A stretch of DNA of 64,000 nt from Vitrella brassicaformis CCMP3155 (GCA_001179505.1 CDMY01000420.1:1-64000); one strand, 5' to 3'. Counted from the first letter of the stretch, positions 37,001-49,809 are shown. Numbers and translations: made by a program. The notes: generated from the letters alone by a model not told the origin.

Positions 37001-38488
37001 AGCCAGGGACAAATGTGTGGGACCTTGTGTGCATATCTATCAGGTAGCTGAGGGCATCTCAGGGCATGCGGAGCAGGTGCGGCGCAGCGGGGCCGACACC
37101 AAGTTCTTGGACTATGTCTTCCTGCGGGTAACAAAGAGGGAGGGAGGCGCAACGACCTACCTGTGCACACAAACGTCAGTCAGTTGTTCCCATTCGTTCT
37201 TTGCTGACGACTGACTGAATCAGATGGCTGAGGCACTGATCAACGCCTGTGAGGACCAGGTAAGGTACTATCACGGCGCAGAAAGAAAAAAGGGCAATGA
37301 CTCGCCCGGCTCGCCCCATTGTGTGCCTGTGCGTTTGTCATGATCATGACAGATCCGAAGAGCTCCCGACAGCCACTGGCAGTTTGCGTGGGCCATCTAC
37401 GGGTACACAGCACAGCAGCACTCACCGGCCATTCACCCACCCCCTCGCCCCCTCACCCACTCGCTGTGGATGTCTCTGTCTCTTTGTCAGTGTGTTGAGT
37501 CGCTTCCCTGATAAGGAGGAGATCTTCGCGGGCCGCATCTACCAGGAGTGCACATACGCCATACCATTCCTCGTACCAATCGTAAGCCGCCCCCTCCACA
37601 CACACCTCACCACATCACAGAACACCTCACTTCATCCCTATCTCCGGTGTGTGCATCAGAGCGGCAACGTCGAGGCGGGCCGTCGGCGTCGCGGTCAGAA
37701 GGACGGCGAGTCCGACGAGGACTTCTTCGACCGCATGTGTCCCATCCTGCGCGTCTGGCTGGCCTACCTCGTCATCAAAGCTGAGATGTCTCGCAACCCC
37801 AACTCAAACGAGTGGGGGGCGGTCTGGCAGTGGTGGGCGCGGCTCGGCAACCGCCTGGTGGACCGCACGCAGCGGAGCGGCCCCATGCTCATTGTGACGG
37901 CACTCAAGGTCACCGCGTTCTTCTGCATGAAGCGGTTCAAGAGACAGTTCAGACAGGTAGCTACGGATGGATGTCGGTGCCTTGGCCGTTGGGGTGGGGG
38001 GTGGGGGGTGGGTTGTGGGGCCATTGGTTGGCTGAGTGCGTCCGTGTGTGTGAGTGTGTGTGTGTGTTTGGTGTTGGCTGCTGGTGTGGTGTGCAGCTGT
38101 TGTCGTTCATCAACCAGAACCTGTGGGACAAGTTCAAGCGCATGGCACGCGAGTCCGTCCGTTTTCCAAACACACCAACAGACTCAGCCAGCCGCCATCT
38201 TATGCTGCCTGCCTGCCTAACTGCCTGCCTGTGTGTCTGTATGTGTGTCTGTGTGCAGCAACCCTGAGGGCATCGGCATCTACGTCGTGCAGTGCGAGAC
38301 ATTCCTCGAGACAGCGCAGTAAGCCACCAACACACCACACTGGCGTGCCTGACGACCCACACCTCGTACTGTGTGGCTGGGGGCTGGGTTGGTCACTTGG
38401 TGCTTTCAGGCGGAACGGCTTACGTTTCGAGGAGCCAGCCGGCTATCGCATGATAGAGAGACCAGCCGAACTCAACCCTGACGTCTGA
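34084..38488 (+). CDS. GLE1: mRNA export factor / nucleoporin Gle1-like protein
   Basis: Disordered N-terminus and E/R/Q coiled-coil exons (35800-36740). C-terminal domain FAGRIYQECTYAIPF..GESDEDFFDRMCPILRVWLAYL..WGAVWQWWARLGN..LKVTAFFCMKRFKRQFRQLLSFI..EEPAGY matches the Gle1 pattern (CP/TYxVP, ESxxxYxxRM, GWxWLARxLN, YxxQFxKLL). Confidence 0.8.
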
Positions 38489-38556
38489 CTGAGGCGCGGG
38501 CATGCACCCATGGATGGATGGATGGATGGATGGGGGTACCCAGGGTATCCTGATTT

Positions 38557-38649
38557 CGCTGCTTGGGATAGGCGCACGCGATGTATTGTTGGGCATTCAG
38601 ACACCCTCTGGATGCCGCGACCCAGCGCGGGGGTCACACCCAAGCAGCG
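38557..38649 (+). ncRNA. Candidate structured RNA or foldback element, copy 2 (just downstream of the Gle1 stop)
   Basis: Inner stem GGCATTCAGA (38592-38601) / TCTGGATGCC (38607-38616) with one G-U pair. Perfect outer stem CGCTGCTTGGG (38557-38567) / CCCAAGCAGCG (38639-38649). Confidence 0.4.
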
Positions 38650-39040
38650 GCATCGCCACCCGTGATTGCATGATTTGGGCTGTGTATCTACCAGTGAGTG
38701 ACAGCGTACGTACGGTTTTTGTCCGTTCCGGGAACACCCTGTGGCCAATGGGGCCACCTGACTTGACGCATGTATGTAAACCTACCAAGTGAACAGCGTC
38801 CGTCCGAGATCCTTCCTGTACACAGACAGCCACACACACATGCACTGCACGCCAAGCATCTGCCAACACTTACACACACAGCCTGCCTCGCAAAGCCAGT
38901 GAGTGCTGCACTCACTGCACATGAGATCGTCCACCCAGCCCAACGTATACACACACATTCCCCTACAGATCTCATCTCTGTCTGTCTGTCTTGTCTGCAC
39001 CCTACCCACCCCACCCCCCCAGCTCCACCTTCCCCCTCCC

Positions 39041-40740
39041 TCACTGAGGCGTGTCCTGCCTGTTGATGCTCATGCTCCACCAGCTCATGTCATCCTCTAT
39101 TTGACCCGCCGCACCCTCGATCAGCGAATACAGTGTCTGCCTGTCCGGGTCTCCCCCGCTGGCCACCATCTGCCGCTCGCCCCTCAGTCTGCTATTCCGC
39201 AGCATCGTGAAAAAGACCACCTCCTCGGCGGACAGGTCGGGGTGCCACATGTCGATGATCAAGACGAACCGCGTCACGGGGCCGTCGTGCCACACCTCGT
39301 GGGAGAAGGAGTCGTCGAAGACATAACACCGGCCCTGAGAGAGGATGGATGACACACACGCGTCACTTTAGAGGAATGGATGGATGGATTGATGGACGCA
39401 CAGACATGTGTTTGTGCTGGCTGATTGACCTCGGTGGGCGTGATTGTCTGGTCACCGACACGCAGTCTGGTGCCCTCAAGACCCATGATCGGCTGCAGGC
39501 AGGCCAAACACACAAACAAATCGACCGACCGGCACATGGGCCATCTTGCCTGGACTGGATGCATACGTACCAGGTGTATTCTCAGTTTCTTGTTGGTGGG
39601 CCCGTTGTGAGCCCGGATGTGGGTGCCGGGCGTCATGGCACTGAACAGGGCGTGGCTGCAATGCAGCCATGCCACACACATGACATGACATGACATGACA
39701 TGGCAGACAGGGGCAGAAGACCCGGCAGACAGCGCCGCCCGCCTACCAGTATTGCCTGGGGATGCTCTGGATGAACTCGACTGTCCGCGGGCACAGCGCC
39801 ACGTTCTCAGGGAAGGGCTGCGGACAGCAGGACACACAGACAGACAGACAGACAGACAGACAGCACCATGAAGTCAAACACCCCCGTGCTCCTCTGTCTG
39901 TCGTCACTCACCTGGTTGTGCAGCAGCAGATACAGCACATTCCAGTCGCCGCCCTCGTGGCTCGCCTGGCCGGGCACGCCATCGCCTTCCGATGAGGAGC
40001 TCGCGGCATCATTGCCAGCTCTCTGACGTATCGGACCCCTGAGAGGGCACAAAAAACCCGTGTCGAGAACAACGGAGTCCATTTCCATGGTGCCTGCCTG
40101 ACGCCTGGTCATCTATCTACCTGTAGGGCTGAAAAGTCTGTCTGCCTCTGAGGGCGAGGAGCTCCTCCTTTATGACGGGATGAAGGGCCTCCAGCTGGCT
40201 GATGAACGGAAACATATCGGCGGGCCACACTGCGTACACACACATTCACACACGACAAGGAGAGAACCAACCAACATGTGTGTGTGTGCCACGCACGCCA
40301 CGTCGTGTTGTGTTGTGTTGTGTGACCTGGTCTGGGGGTGAGTTGTGGGATGATCTCTGGGCAACCTCGCTGGGAGGGATGGGGGTCCACAGGTCGACGA
40401 ATGCCCATCTTCTGAAGCAACCTGACATGGCATACAGAGGGAGGGCGACGAACATCCATCCATCCCTCCATCCATCCATTGGCTGGATGTCTCTATTCAT
40501 CGCTCACCAGGCTCTCGCCCGTTCACACTGATCGAAAGGGAACACACACACAGCACAGCACACCACACCAACTGGGTCAGCAAAGAAGTGCGTGTCCATA
40601 TGACCGACCTTATCGTTGCGGCCGTCAGCGATGCACCTCCGCACGAACGAGCCGAATGCGGCCCTATGGAGCGGCGGGAGAAGGTACTCATCCATGACCT
40701 CCTCCATCCTCCGCCGGACCCGCTCCTCCAGCGTGCCCAT
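39041..40740 (-). CDS. Aspartyl/asparaginyl beta-hydroxylase family 2OG-Fe(II) oxygenase
   Basis: FPFISQLEALHPVIKEELLALRGRQTFQPY, GGDWNVLYL, ALFSAMTPGTHIRAHNGPTNKKLRIHL and CYVFDDSFSHEVWHDGPVTRFVLIIDMWHPDL are Asp_Arg_Hydrox signatures. Start codon at 40740 is tentative. Confidence 0.9.
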
Positions 40741-40908
40741 GAGTTCTCTTCTCCACAAACGAACAGATCTACTTCATCCACATGTTATACTGACCCTCCT
40801 GTGCGTCATCGGTCCCTCGGCAGCCAAGGGGAAGTGCAAAGCGGGGAAACGATCCGCTGCGAGCTAAGTGTCCTGAGCTCAGTTTGGTGCGCAGCTCTCT
40901 ATCTGCAA
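40741..40908. promoter_or_regulatory. Candidate bidirectional promoter (hydroxylase / VDR)
   Basis: 168 nt between divergent ATGs. Contains TGCGAGCT (40858-40865). Confidence 0.5.
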
Positions 40909-43085
40909 ATGGAGTTCTTTAAGAGGATAAGATCGTGGCAGCCGGCATTCACGGCATGCGCTGCTCTGCTCTGCGTCTGCTTCCGTCGCGCCGCCTCTCT
41001 CCGGCCACCGTCGTCGGCATTCGTCGTCTCGCCATCAGCCCCTTTCAGCACTCAAACAAGACGGACAATGCCCCTTGGGAGTGGGGCGCGGCAGCAGAAT
41101 GTCATGATGACCTCAACGGTGATGGAGCCGGCTGTGTCTACTGTGGATGAGGAGAGCCCGAAGGCATATGCGGGGGAGCTGAAGCCTCTCACCAATGCCT
41201 CGGCGACGGTTGTGTGCATCGTCCCTGCTGCTGGCCGTCCCGGGCACAAGAGCCACTTCCTGACTAAGCCGTTTAAGGAACAGGTGGAGTGGCCGGATGT
41301 GCTGCAGCACATGGCAGAGCGGCTCACATGGAGCAGCCCCAACTTCAAACTCAAGGTACACTGACCGGGGGGATGGATGAGCTTCGCCATAACACACACA
41401 CTGAGCTGACGCCTTGAACTGTGTCCAGATTTTCACCGAGGATGTTCTCTCGTCGCCCACTGCCCCGTCCAACCTTTCTGCCGCCCTGTCGAATGCCAAC
41501 ATCCTTCTCACGCTCAACGTGCACGACCGGCAGGCCCTCACCAACCTCAAAGCCATCGTCACCAACACACAGATGGGCTCGCGGACCAACGAGAGTGCCC
41601 CCTTTCTCCCCACCATCCTCTCATTCGGCCTAGGCGGCCGCAGCTCGCCCGTCGAGAGCCTGCAGAGGATGGGCGGCACTCCTGTGGGCTCCTTCGTCCG
41701 AAAGGTGAGCGCGCGAGTGGCGCCATGGTCGCGGGTGAGCCGTGCGTTGAAGACGAAGCGGGTGCTCGACATTCTATGGCAGCGGCGCAGTTCGGACGAC
41801 CTGCTGTACTTTATGGAGGTGCTGATAGACAGCTATGTGGCTGACATTCCTCTGGTTAAGAGCCAGCTGGGGATGAAGGAAATGGGGAGTGGGGTGCTCA
41901 AGTGCATGTGGACCAACTGCCAGGACCAGATCATCGAGTGCATGAAGTCGCCGGCCTGCCGACAGGCGCTATTCTGCCTCACCAACTGCCCACTCAACGA
42001 CCAAGTAGACAGACAGACAGAGAGGGAGGACAGCTGGCCCATTGCTCACGAGCAGACACACGAGTGTGGGTGTGTCTGTCGTGTCGTGTGTGGCTGTTCG
42101 TTCAGGTGTGCACCTACCGTTGCATCGTGACGCACGAGAGCCCTGCCTTTGAGGCCTTCTCTCTGTGCATCCTGCAGAAGCACAACTGCCTCAACAACTC
42201 GGCCCCCATCCCCGTGTACCCCCGCCCCGAGCCCCTCCGTACCTTCAAAGGCAAACCCCTCACCTACGAGTCCGCAGAGGACATCTACGTCGGGTGGCTT
42301 GGCCAAGATCCCTGGAGCTGGAAGGTCGTCGCCGGCAAGAATCCCGCTTATGGTACGGTACGCACCTCACCCCCACCCCGCCCTGCCCCTCCCCACACAC
42401 ATGCATCTTCTTGCTCATGGCGCGTTCCTCCCTCGCCAAACTGTCACATGGACGGTGTGGTGTGTGGTGTGATATGTTTGTTAACACAGACTTCTTCCCC
42501 AATCAGCACCAAATCTTCTACAGGGGCAAGAGGTCCGCATTCTGGTATGACCCGGTCTTCCGCGTGACCACCTATGACGGCCGCGTCGTGTGGCGGAGGC
42601 GGCACTATCGCGTCAAGCGAGCCGCGGAGCCGGGCACCTTCTGGTTCTCTGTGCTGGACAATGGGGTGACGTCCAATGAGTACTGGACGATCCTCGACTG
42701 TGCCGACGATTTCTCCTGGGCGATCTTCCACTACTCGGGGGCGGCGTCTGTGGCTGGCCAGCAGTACCGTGGTGCTTTGGTGGTGAGCCGGGATGGGGCG
42801 TGGCCCAAGATCGACGGCATGGAGACCCGCAGGAGGATTGAGGCGGCACTCGATAAGGCCGGCGTCAAGACATGGGTAGGTAACACAGACACACCAAGCC
42901 AGCAGCACTGATGGATGGATCCATTGCTCTGCTCTCTGTGTTTGTGTGTGCAGGAGTTGTATGAGGTGGTCAATGATGGTTCTGAGGGTGCACCCTTGGG
43001 GCTGCCGGACAGCGGGGCGCCGATGGCTGAGCAGTACCAAGAGGTCAGGCCGCCACAGCAGCCGGTGCAAGCTGCAGTGGCATGA
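40909..43085 (+). CDS. VDR: Violaxanthin de-epoxidase-related protein, plastid-targeted
   Basis: Bipartite-like presequence (..ALLCVCFRRAASLRPPSSAFVV). Cys-rich CMWTNCQDQIIECMKSPACRQALFCLTNCPLNDQVCTYRC. Lipocalin part WSWKVVAGKNPAYDFFPNQHQIFYRGK..FWYDPVFRV..WRRRHYRVKR..PGTFWFSVLDNGVTSNEYW, typical of VDR rather than VDE. Confidence 0.92.
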
Positions 43086-43343
43086 GTGGGGATGTGAGTG
43101 TGTGTGTGAGTGTGAGTGTGTGTGAGAGAGGGGTGCGTCAGTAGGCAGTTGTCATGACGAGATGTGACGTGACATGACGTCGTGTAGTCAGTGAGGTCCA
43201 GCCAGGGGCGGTCAGTGTGTATTTCTTGGGTATATAGGCAGAGAGACACGTTCACTGAGCGGTCGATTTCTGGTGTGAGAAGCGAGCGACAAGTGTACGT
43301 TTCTGTGTCAAGGGTTGGTTGTTGTGTTGATGCTTGTTGCCGT

Positions 43344-43405
43344 GGGGAACTGGTGCACATCTGTCTGTCTGTCTGGGGAACTGGTGCACATCTGTCTGTC
43401 TGTCT
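43344..43405 (+). repeat. Tandem duplication of a 31-nt unit (GGGGAACTGGTGCACATCTGTCTGTCTGTCT) x2
   Basis: Direct observation in the VDR / USP intergenic region. Confidence 0.85.
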
Positions 43406-43774
43406 GTCTGTCTGTACAATGATTAGGCAGACACACATGACACGAACATGCAATGGAATGCAATGCAGGTCATTTCTCCATGGCAAGATCTTATCGCACA
43501 CACACACACACACGCACACGCACACGCACACAGACACAGGGGCACATGACATGCTGCAATGAACGATCGCATGCAGGATGGACTACTGCAACTATACGTG
43601 TAGGTATAGCGCCATCCCCCCAACCCTTAATTGCCACACAGACATGGATGGGCAAGCTTATCCGACTCTCTCTCCCTCTCTCTTTCTCTCCCTCTCTCTC
43701 TCTCTCTCTACGTGTGGCGTGGTCCCCATGCTCTAATTGTCGTGTCCATCCATCCATCCATCCATCAGTTGTCG

Positions 43775-44962
43775 TCATGTCCCTCCCATTCGAGATGTGT
43801 GCCCTTTGCTGAGCAGCGCATCCAACATGTGCTCGGCACTCTCGTCCTCCGCATCACCTGCCTCTGCCTCATCGCATGTGCCGCCGGCCGCTCCCATGTT
43901 GTCGCTCGATGGCTGTTGGCCCGTCGTCGACTGCATGATGGCCGATGGGAGCTCCTCAGGTGAATGGGGTGTGGGGGGTCGTTGGGGCTGCTCATCCTCC
44001 GCCAGGCCGATGCTCGAGTCCATGCTGCCGCCCTCCAGCAGGCCGCCCTCCAGGTCGAGCGACACTCCGCTAATCACACTGTCCGCACTGTCACGGAGGC
44101 CGTCTAGGGCCCTACTCCGTCCAAACAGGTCGGGAAAGAGGCTGCTGCCGGTGCCCCTGCTGATGCCTGGGTCGCGGTAGTTGATCTCTCGGGACAGCCC
44201 CAGCAGTGTGCTGGATGCCGGGAGGGTGTCGGTCTTGTCTCCGCCCCCCAGCCGGCGGAGCATGTCGTCGAATCTCTCTATCCCCACACCCACGCCGCCC
44301 TCCCGCACGTCGAGCAGGGGGTCCGTCGTCTCTGTCTTCTCTGTCTTCTCCCTCTCCCCTGTATCCTCCCCCTCTCTGCCATCGCCATCGCCATCGCCAT
44401 CGCCATCGCCTTTGTGTCCCTCCTCCTCGACGACCCGCCCCCATCTCCTGTTTGTCCGTGTGTCGGTGTCGTGCTCCTCCGTGCGGTCCTCGCGCGCCTG
44501 GCCCTTGGGTCTGTCGTCCTGGTTGTGGTGCTGGTTGAGTGAGAGTGTGCCACCACGCCGCGTGTTGTTGAGGCCGATGGATGTGTTGGTGGACATCCGG
44601 AGGCCGTGTAGGGCGCGGGGGTCCTTCTTTGTGGATGTGAGGAGGGGGTTGGCCGGGGCGGCGGATGGGTCGGCTGGGCGGTAGAGGGCGGCGTTGGCTC
44701 GCGGGTCCTCCACCAGCTGCGGCGGCATCGGCAGCTCGCCCGACTCCAACACACATCTGAGCAGCTCGGCCTCCTGCGTGCATGTGCAGGGAGGGACGTT
44801 TGTGTATGTGTTTGTGTGTATTGGGAGTGCATGAAGCTGACGTACGCACCGTTGGGTTGAATGTGACTCTTCGGATGCGGTCGATTTCGCGGATGATGTC
44901 GGGCAGGTACTCAGTCGGGGTCGCCTGGGGCTCCCACGGAAACACACGCCTCCACTGACACG

Positions 44963-44999
<37 letters not shown>

Positions 45000-45896
45000 T
45001 GCCCATCCATTCGTCCATTTGTGGGTGGGTGGGTGAGTGAGCACCATTTTCCAGAACATGCGCAGAAGGGACTTGGGGTCCAACCTGGGCAGACTCTGAT
45101 GATCCGAGAGAAATACGCCATGCACACCGGCCACCCCCATATTCCGCCCACCCGCCCGCCCGCTCACCGACCTTTTTGTCGAAGACTTCGTGTTGCTGCT
45201 GAATCTGGTCCACACATTCCATCACCAGCCCACACACCATAAACACCTGAGTGCACGCCAACACACACACACACATACATCAACGCTCGGCCAGCTGGCT
45301 AGCCCTTTTACCCCCCTCCCTCCCTCCCTCCCTCTGTCTAACATAAGTAAGTCACTCACTGACCGCGCCTTTGATGAGTGGGCCGACCATGTCCTCCACC
45401 TTGGTGCTGAGTGTGTATGAGAGGTCCCGGCGGGCGGCCTCCAGGCGGCTGATGACCACCAGCCCGTGGGGGTCGGACGCCTCCTCGCGGGACACACGAC
45501 GGTACACCAACACATACGCCGACCGCTGCAGAGGCGTATTTGAGAACATCCACGCATCACACACAGGCAGGGGAGAGGGATGTGTGTGGTGTGGTGTGGT
45601 GTGGTGAGCTGACGACTGACCTTGTGGGTGCTTCCGCCCTCGGCGTCCTTGCGCAGCTGATCCTCTAAACAGTCCTCTACCTGCGTCCATCCACACGTCA
45701 ATGGCCGTGGACATGTAGGCAGTAGGCAGTGTGGTATTTTGGGGGTGGTGTGGTGTGGTGTGGGGGGTGAGCGCACTGCCCACCGTGTGATTGTCGATTT
45801 TCTGCCAGATGGTGTCTTGGATCTGGTGGTGTGAGCCGCCCCGCTTGTAGAGGAAGTAGTGGCCCTCACTCAGCTCGCCCTCGTGAATCACAACAA

Positions 45897-45929
<33 letters not shown>

Positions 45930-48900
45930 GCACACGCACAGGCACACCCGGGCACGCACACTTTAACAGATGCAGAGGCGGAGCGCACCAACACCCACCT
46001 TCATGCACGTGTGCCATGCATGCCGTCTGTCTCCCTACCTCGAGGCGATAGATGGTTTGCTGGTCGATGTAGAAGAGACGCGCCTCCTCACTGCCCTCAT
46101 CCACGCCCTGCATGCCATCCAACAGAAAGGACACACGCACGCCGCACGCCGTGTGTTCCTCCCTCCCTCCCTCCCTGTGCTGTGCCTGCCTGTGGTAGTG
46201 TGGTGGTGAGTTTGTTGGTCATGAAGTTGAGGTTGAGTTCCATCTCGAGGGGCACTCGGTGGTTGGTCTTCTCGCCAGCCTCCTTGTCCGCGGCGTACGC
46301 GTACCGATCCAACACGATGAACGCCATGAGCGGGATCTCATACGACAAACTGACATATAGTATATGACCACACAAACACAAACCCGCCATCCATCCATCC
46401 ATCCATTTAGGAACCTACCTCTTGATGGCCTTGGTCTGCTGCTGGTCCTTCATGTGGTCCTGGAGGAGAGTCTTGAGATCGGTGTCCTCCTCAGGCCTCA
46501 CGTTGAGTACGAAGTTGGTCATGTCGGTGCGGGAGGAGCTCTCCACACCATCCTCCTCACGAACGGCTACCATCGCACCTGCACACACAACCAACAAACC
46601 AACAAACCAGCCATAGAGAGAGATGAGGGAGCGCGTCTGTTCTGTGATGCTGACTCACTCACCGCTGAGGACATTGCGGCACTCTTCGGCGAAGTGGCGC
46701 ACCCCAGCATTGCGGTACTCTACCTTGAATCGCAGACCCTCCTCACCTTCAACTCGCCCACATTCGGCCCCTCCCTTGCTGTCTGCTGCCCCCTGCGCCC
46801 CCTCTGCTCCTTCATCCCGCCCAGCTGCCGTCTTGTCCCCCGCCTTGTTCTCGCCCCCGCCCCCACTGGCAGGCGACCGTGGTGTCTCCTCCGCCTCTCC
46901 CTCTCTAGCAGTGGACACGCCGCTGGCCGTCTCGGTCACCGCTGTGGTGTTGGCCGACGGACGGGGGGGCACCGAGCCGCTGCCATCCGGAGGTGGATGG
47001 GGGTGGGTGGTGGGAGTCGGATTGCCGAAGCGTTTACGGATGTGGGCGTTGCATGCCTTCTCCTCCTTGGCGATGTTCTCGAGCTTGTCCTTGGTGAGCC
47101 AGGACATGCCCATGGGCGACAGGCCCAGCAGGCGGGACGTGCCGTCGAACACCTCCGTGATGTCCTCCTGACCAGACAGACACAGCCAAACAGAGAGGCG
47201 ACACACAGATAGATAACACATACAGGAGGGAGGGAGGGAGGGAGTGAGCAGACAGTGAAGTGAGCCCAGACGGACCTGTGTGCCATTGAAGTGCGTGAAG
47301 AAGAGTGGGGCGACGTTGCAGAAGGACAAAGGGGTGGCGTGCAGCACGGCCAGGTGGACTGCCAGCTCCTCGCCGAACTCCCTCACGGCCCTTGTCACCT
47401 CCTCGCACTCGCACAGCGCCTCCAGGCGGCCCTGATTCCTCATCTGGCGCATCCAGTCGTTGATGCTGGCCGCGCTGTGCTGCCAGCCGGCCGGGATGGT
47501 GTAGGGTGGGCAGGCGGACCAGGTCAAGTTGTGCTGGGAGGTGGATGACCATGTGTATGCGTTCCAGAGGGCCCGGCAGAACTCGGGAGTGTGGGCGAAG
47601 ATCAGCAGCAGCACCTGCATATATATCAACCAACACGCACACCGAGGCAGGCAGACAGGCCGACGTAGTGAGCCATCCATCCATCCAGCTGCAGCTAGCT
47701 GGTCAGGCGGGCCATGCATTGCCTTTGTTTCTTCTGTCTGCCCACCATGAAGAAACACCCATTGCCGGGGTTCGACAGGGCCGCCGGCACAAACACATCC
47801 AACACCGTCCTGCAGGACAACACAACAACATGGATGGATGGATGGATGGACGCCTCCATCACTGTGTAGCTAGCTAGCTAGCTAGCTACCCACCCCACTG
47901 ACCCGTCGGCCTGCGTGACGCGTCTGAATGGCCTGATGTGTGGGTAGACGATCTTGCCGTCCTTGAGGCTCTCCAGGAGCGCCAAGGCCATCTCCCAATC
48001 GTCATTGAGATTCCGTCGTGAGGACAACACCTGCCGCTCAGCCTCCTTGGCCGCTAACCCGTCGATGCCGCACTTGACGGGAATGAGCTCCACCGTCCGC
48101 CCGTCGCCCACCGCCACGTCCCGGGGCTGCAGCTCATCCGCCATGTCCCCCGCCAGCAGCAGGGTGGGAGAGATGGGCGACATCGGCTCACCACCCGACA
48201 CACCACCGCCACCACCACCACCACCACCAGCAGGGGGCGTCTGACCCGACCCACCATGCTCTCCGGGCTCTCCTGCCGCTCCTTCTGTGGTCGGCGATTG
48301 GTCGTTGGCGTGTGCGGGTATGGTGATGTTGATGGGGTGGGGCCGCATGAACATGGGATCGAAGGGGCCGCAAAACATGGGATCGCGTAGGGGGGGCATT
48401 TGCCACCCCAAGGAGCGGTAGAGTTGTTCCAATCGGTCCAGCAAAGACTGACGGAGCATCTGCAGATCCCAAGTTTTCTGATGCATACGTAGCAAACATC
48501 CATCAGCCGACACACAGACGAATTGGCCCTTGTCTCCCCTGCCTGTGTGTGTGCCTGTCTGTGTGTGCCATCCATCCATCCATCCATCCCCAACATCTAT
48601 CCCTCGTCGGTCACTCACTCACCAGCATGCCCTTTGAGAGTATCTTCCGATCGGCTTCTCTCATGAGCTCCAGCTTCTGCACCCGAGCCATGAGGTCGCT
48701 GTGCGCCTTGCGGGACGCCTCCTTGTACTCATGCAGTTCCTTTTCCTGCCGCTGCAGAGCCGCCTTGAGCATGCTGTTCTCCTTGGCTAGCTCGTCCGTG
48801 GTCTTGAGCCAGCTCGGGCCCTTGGTGGATCCTGCTGCTGCTCCAGACGCACCCAACACACTACCAGCCTGCACACCCACACACGCACACACACACACAC

Positions 48901-49809
48901 ACAGAGAAAGAGAGAGAGATGGAACTATGCGGCACTCCCTCCATCTTCCCCGTGTCCACCCACCCCAGGCTCACTCACCGTCGAAGGCAGGGTGTCCCTC
49001 TGGTCAGCCAGCCCCCTACTGCCCCGCGTCAGGCGCTCCCCTGCCCCCGCCACACCCCCCTCCACCTCACCCGTCGAGTTCCACCGCAGCGGCTGCCGCA
49101 CGAACGGACCCCGAGTCGAGCTCAGAAATCTGCTCGAGGTGGGCAGCGGCAGCTCGCCACCATTGAACACCTCAGACAAAGACGACAGCCCCCGCCGCCC
49201 CTGCCCGGTGGTGCTGCTCTCCGGCTGGGTGAACGCTGAACGCAGTGCACAGGGGCCATTTGTACGGTACCGCGAGGAGAGGAGCGAGGTCGTGGGCTGC
49301 TGGGTGGATGCGAGGAGCTTGAGGGGGAGGGTGGAGGGTGGCACTGGCGAGTCGAGGATGCGCTCGGTGCGGATCTGGCGGAAGCGCCCCGATGATCCGC
49401 CACCTACATCGCCCGCAGCAGCCACAGAGGACGTCACACCGGCGGCCGCACCGTCCTCCCCTCTCGGACACTGCCCGCCCCTCTCCATGGCGGCTAGCCG
49501 GGCGCCAATGACGGCCGTGGGTCTGCGTGGCTCGGGCGCTGGCGAATGAGCCTCAGGGCTGCTGAATTTCCATGAGTTGTCGTTGTTGGTCTCTGACATG
49601 GTCTTTTTCGGCGCCTCGCGGGAAGATGCGGCCGGGAAAGAGGCGCGGAAGCTGTTCAGTGACGATTGGGCTACGGGACCGTCGTGAGATGGCGCATCTG
49701 TGGGCGAAGGGCTGTGCGATTGGTCGGCCGTCGACGTCTGGACTTGGTGGAGGCGGCGGAGGGTGGACTCGGGATCCTTCTCCGGCGTGGAGCCGACGGA
49801 TGAGGACAT
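43775..49809 (-). CDS. Ubiquitin-specific protease (peptidase C19, USP25/28/Ubp2-like) with UIM and coiled coil
   Basis: Cys box ALSNPGNGCFF (~47745-47785), QEDITEVF, His box YRLEFVVIHEGELSEGHYFLYKR..WQKIDNHTV..SAYVLVYRR. UIM-like DDWEMALALLESLKD (~47958-48003). Long disordered termini. Confidence 0.88.

Noticed and set aside
47866-47889. 24-nt perfect palindrome GTAGCTAGC...AGCTAC
   Set aside because: Simply a self-complementary (TAGC)n microsatellite at an intron end.
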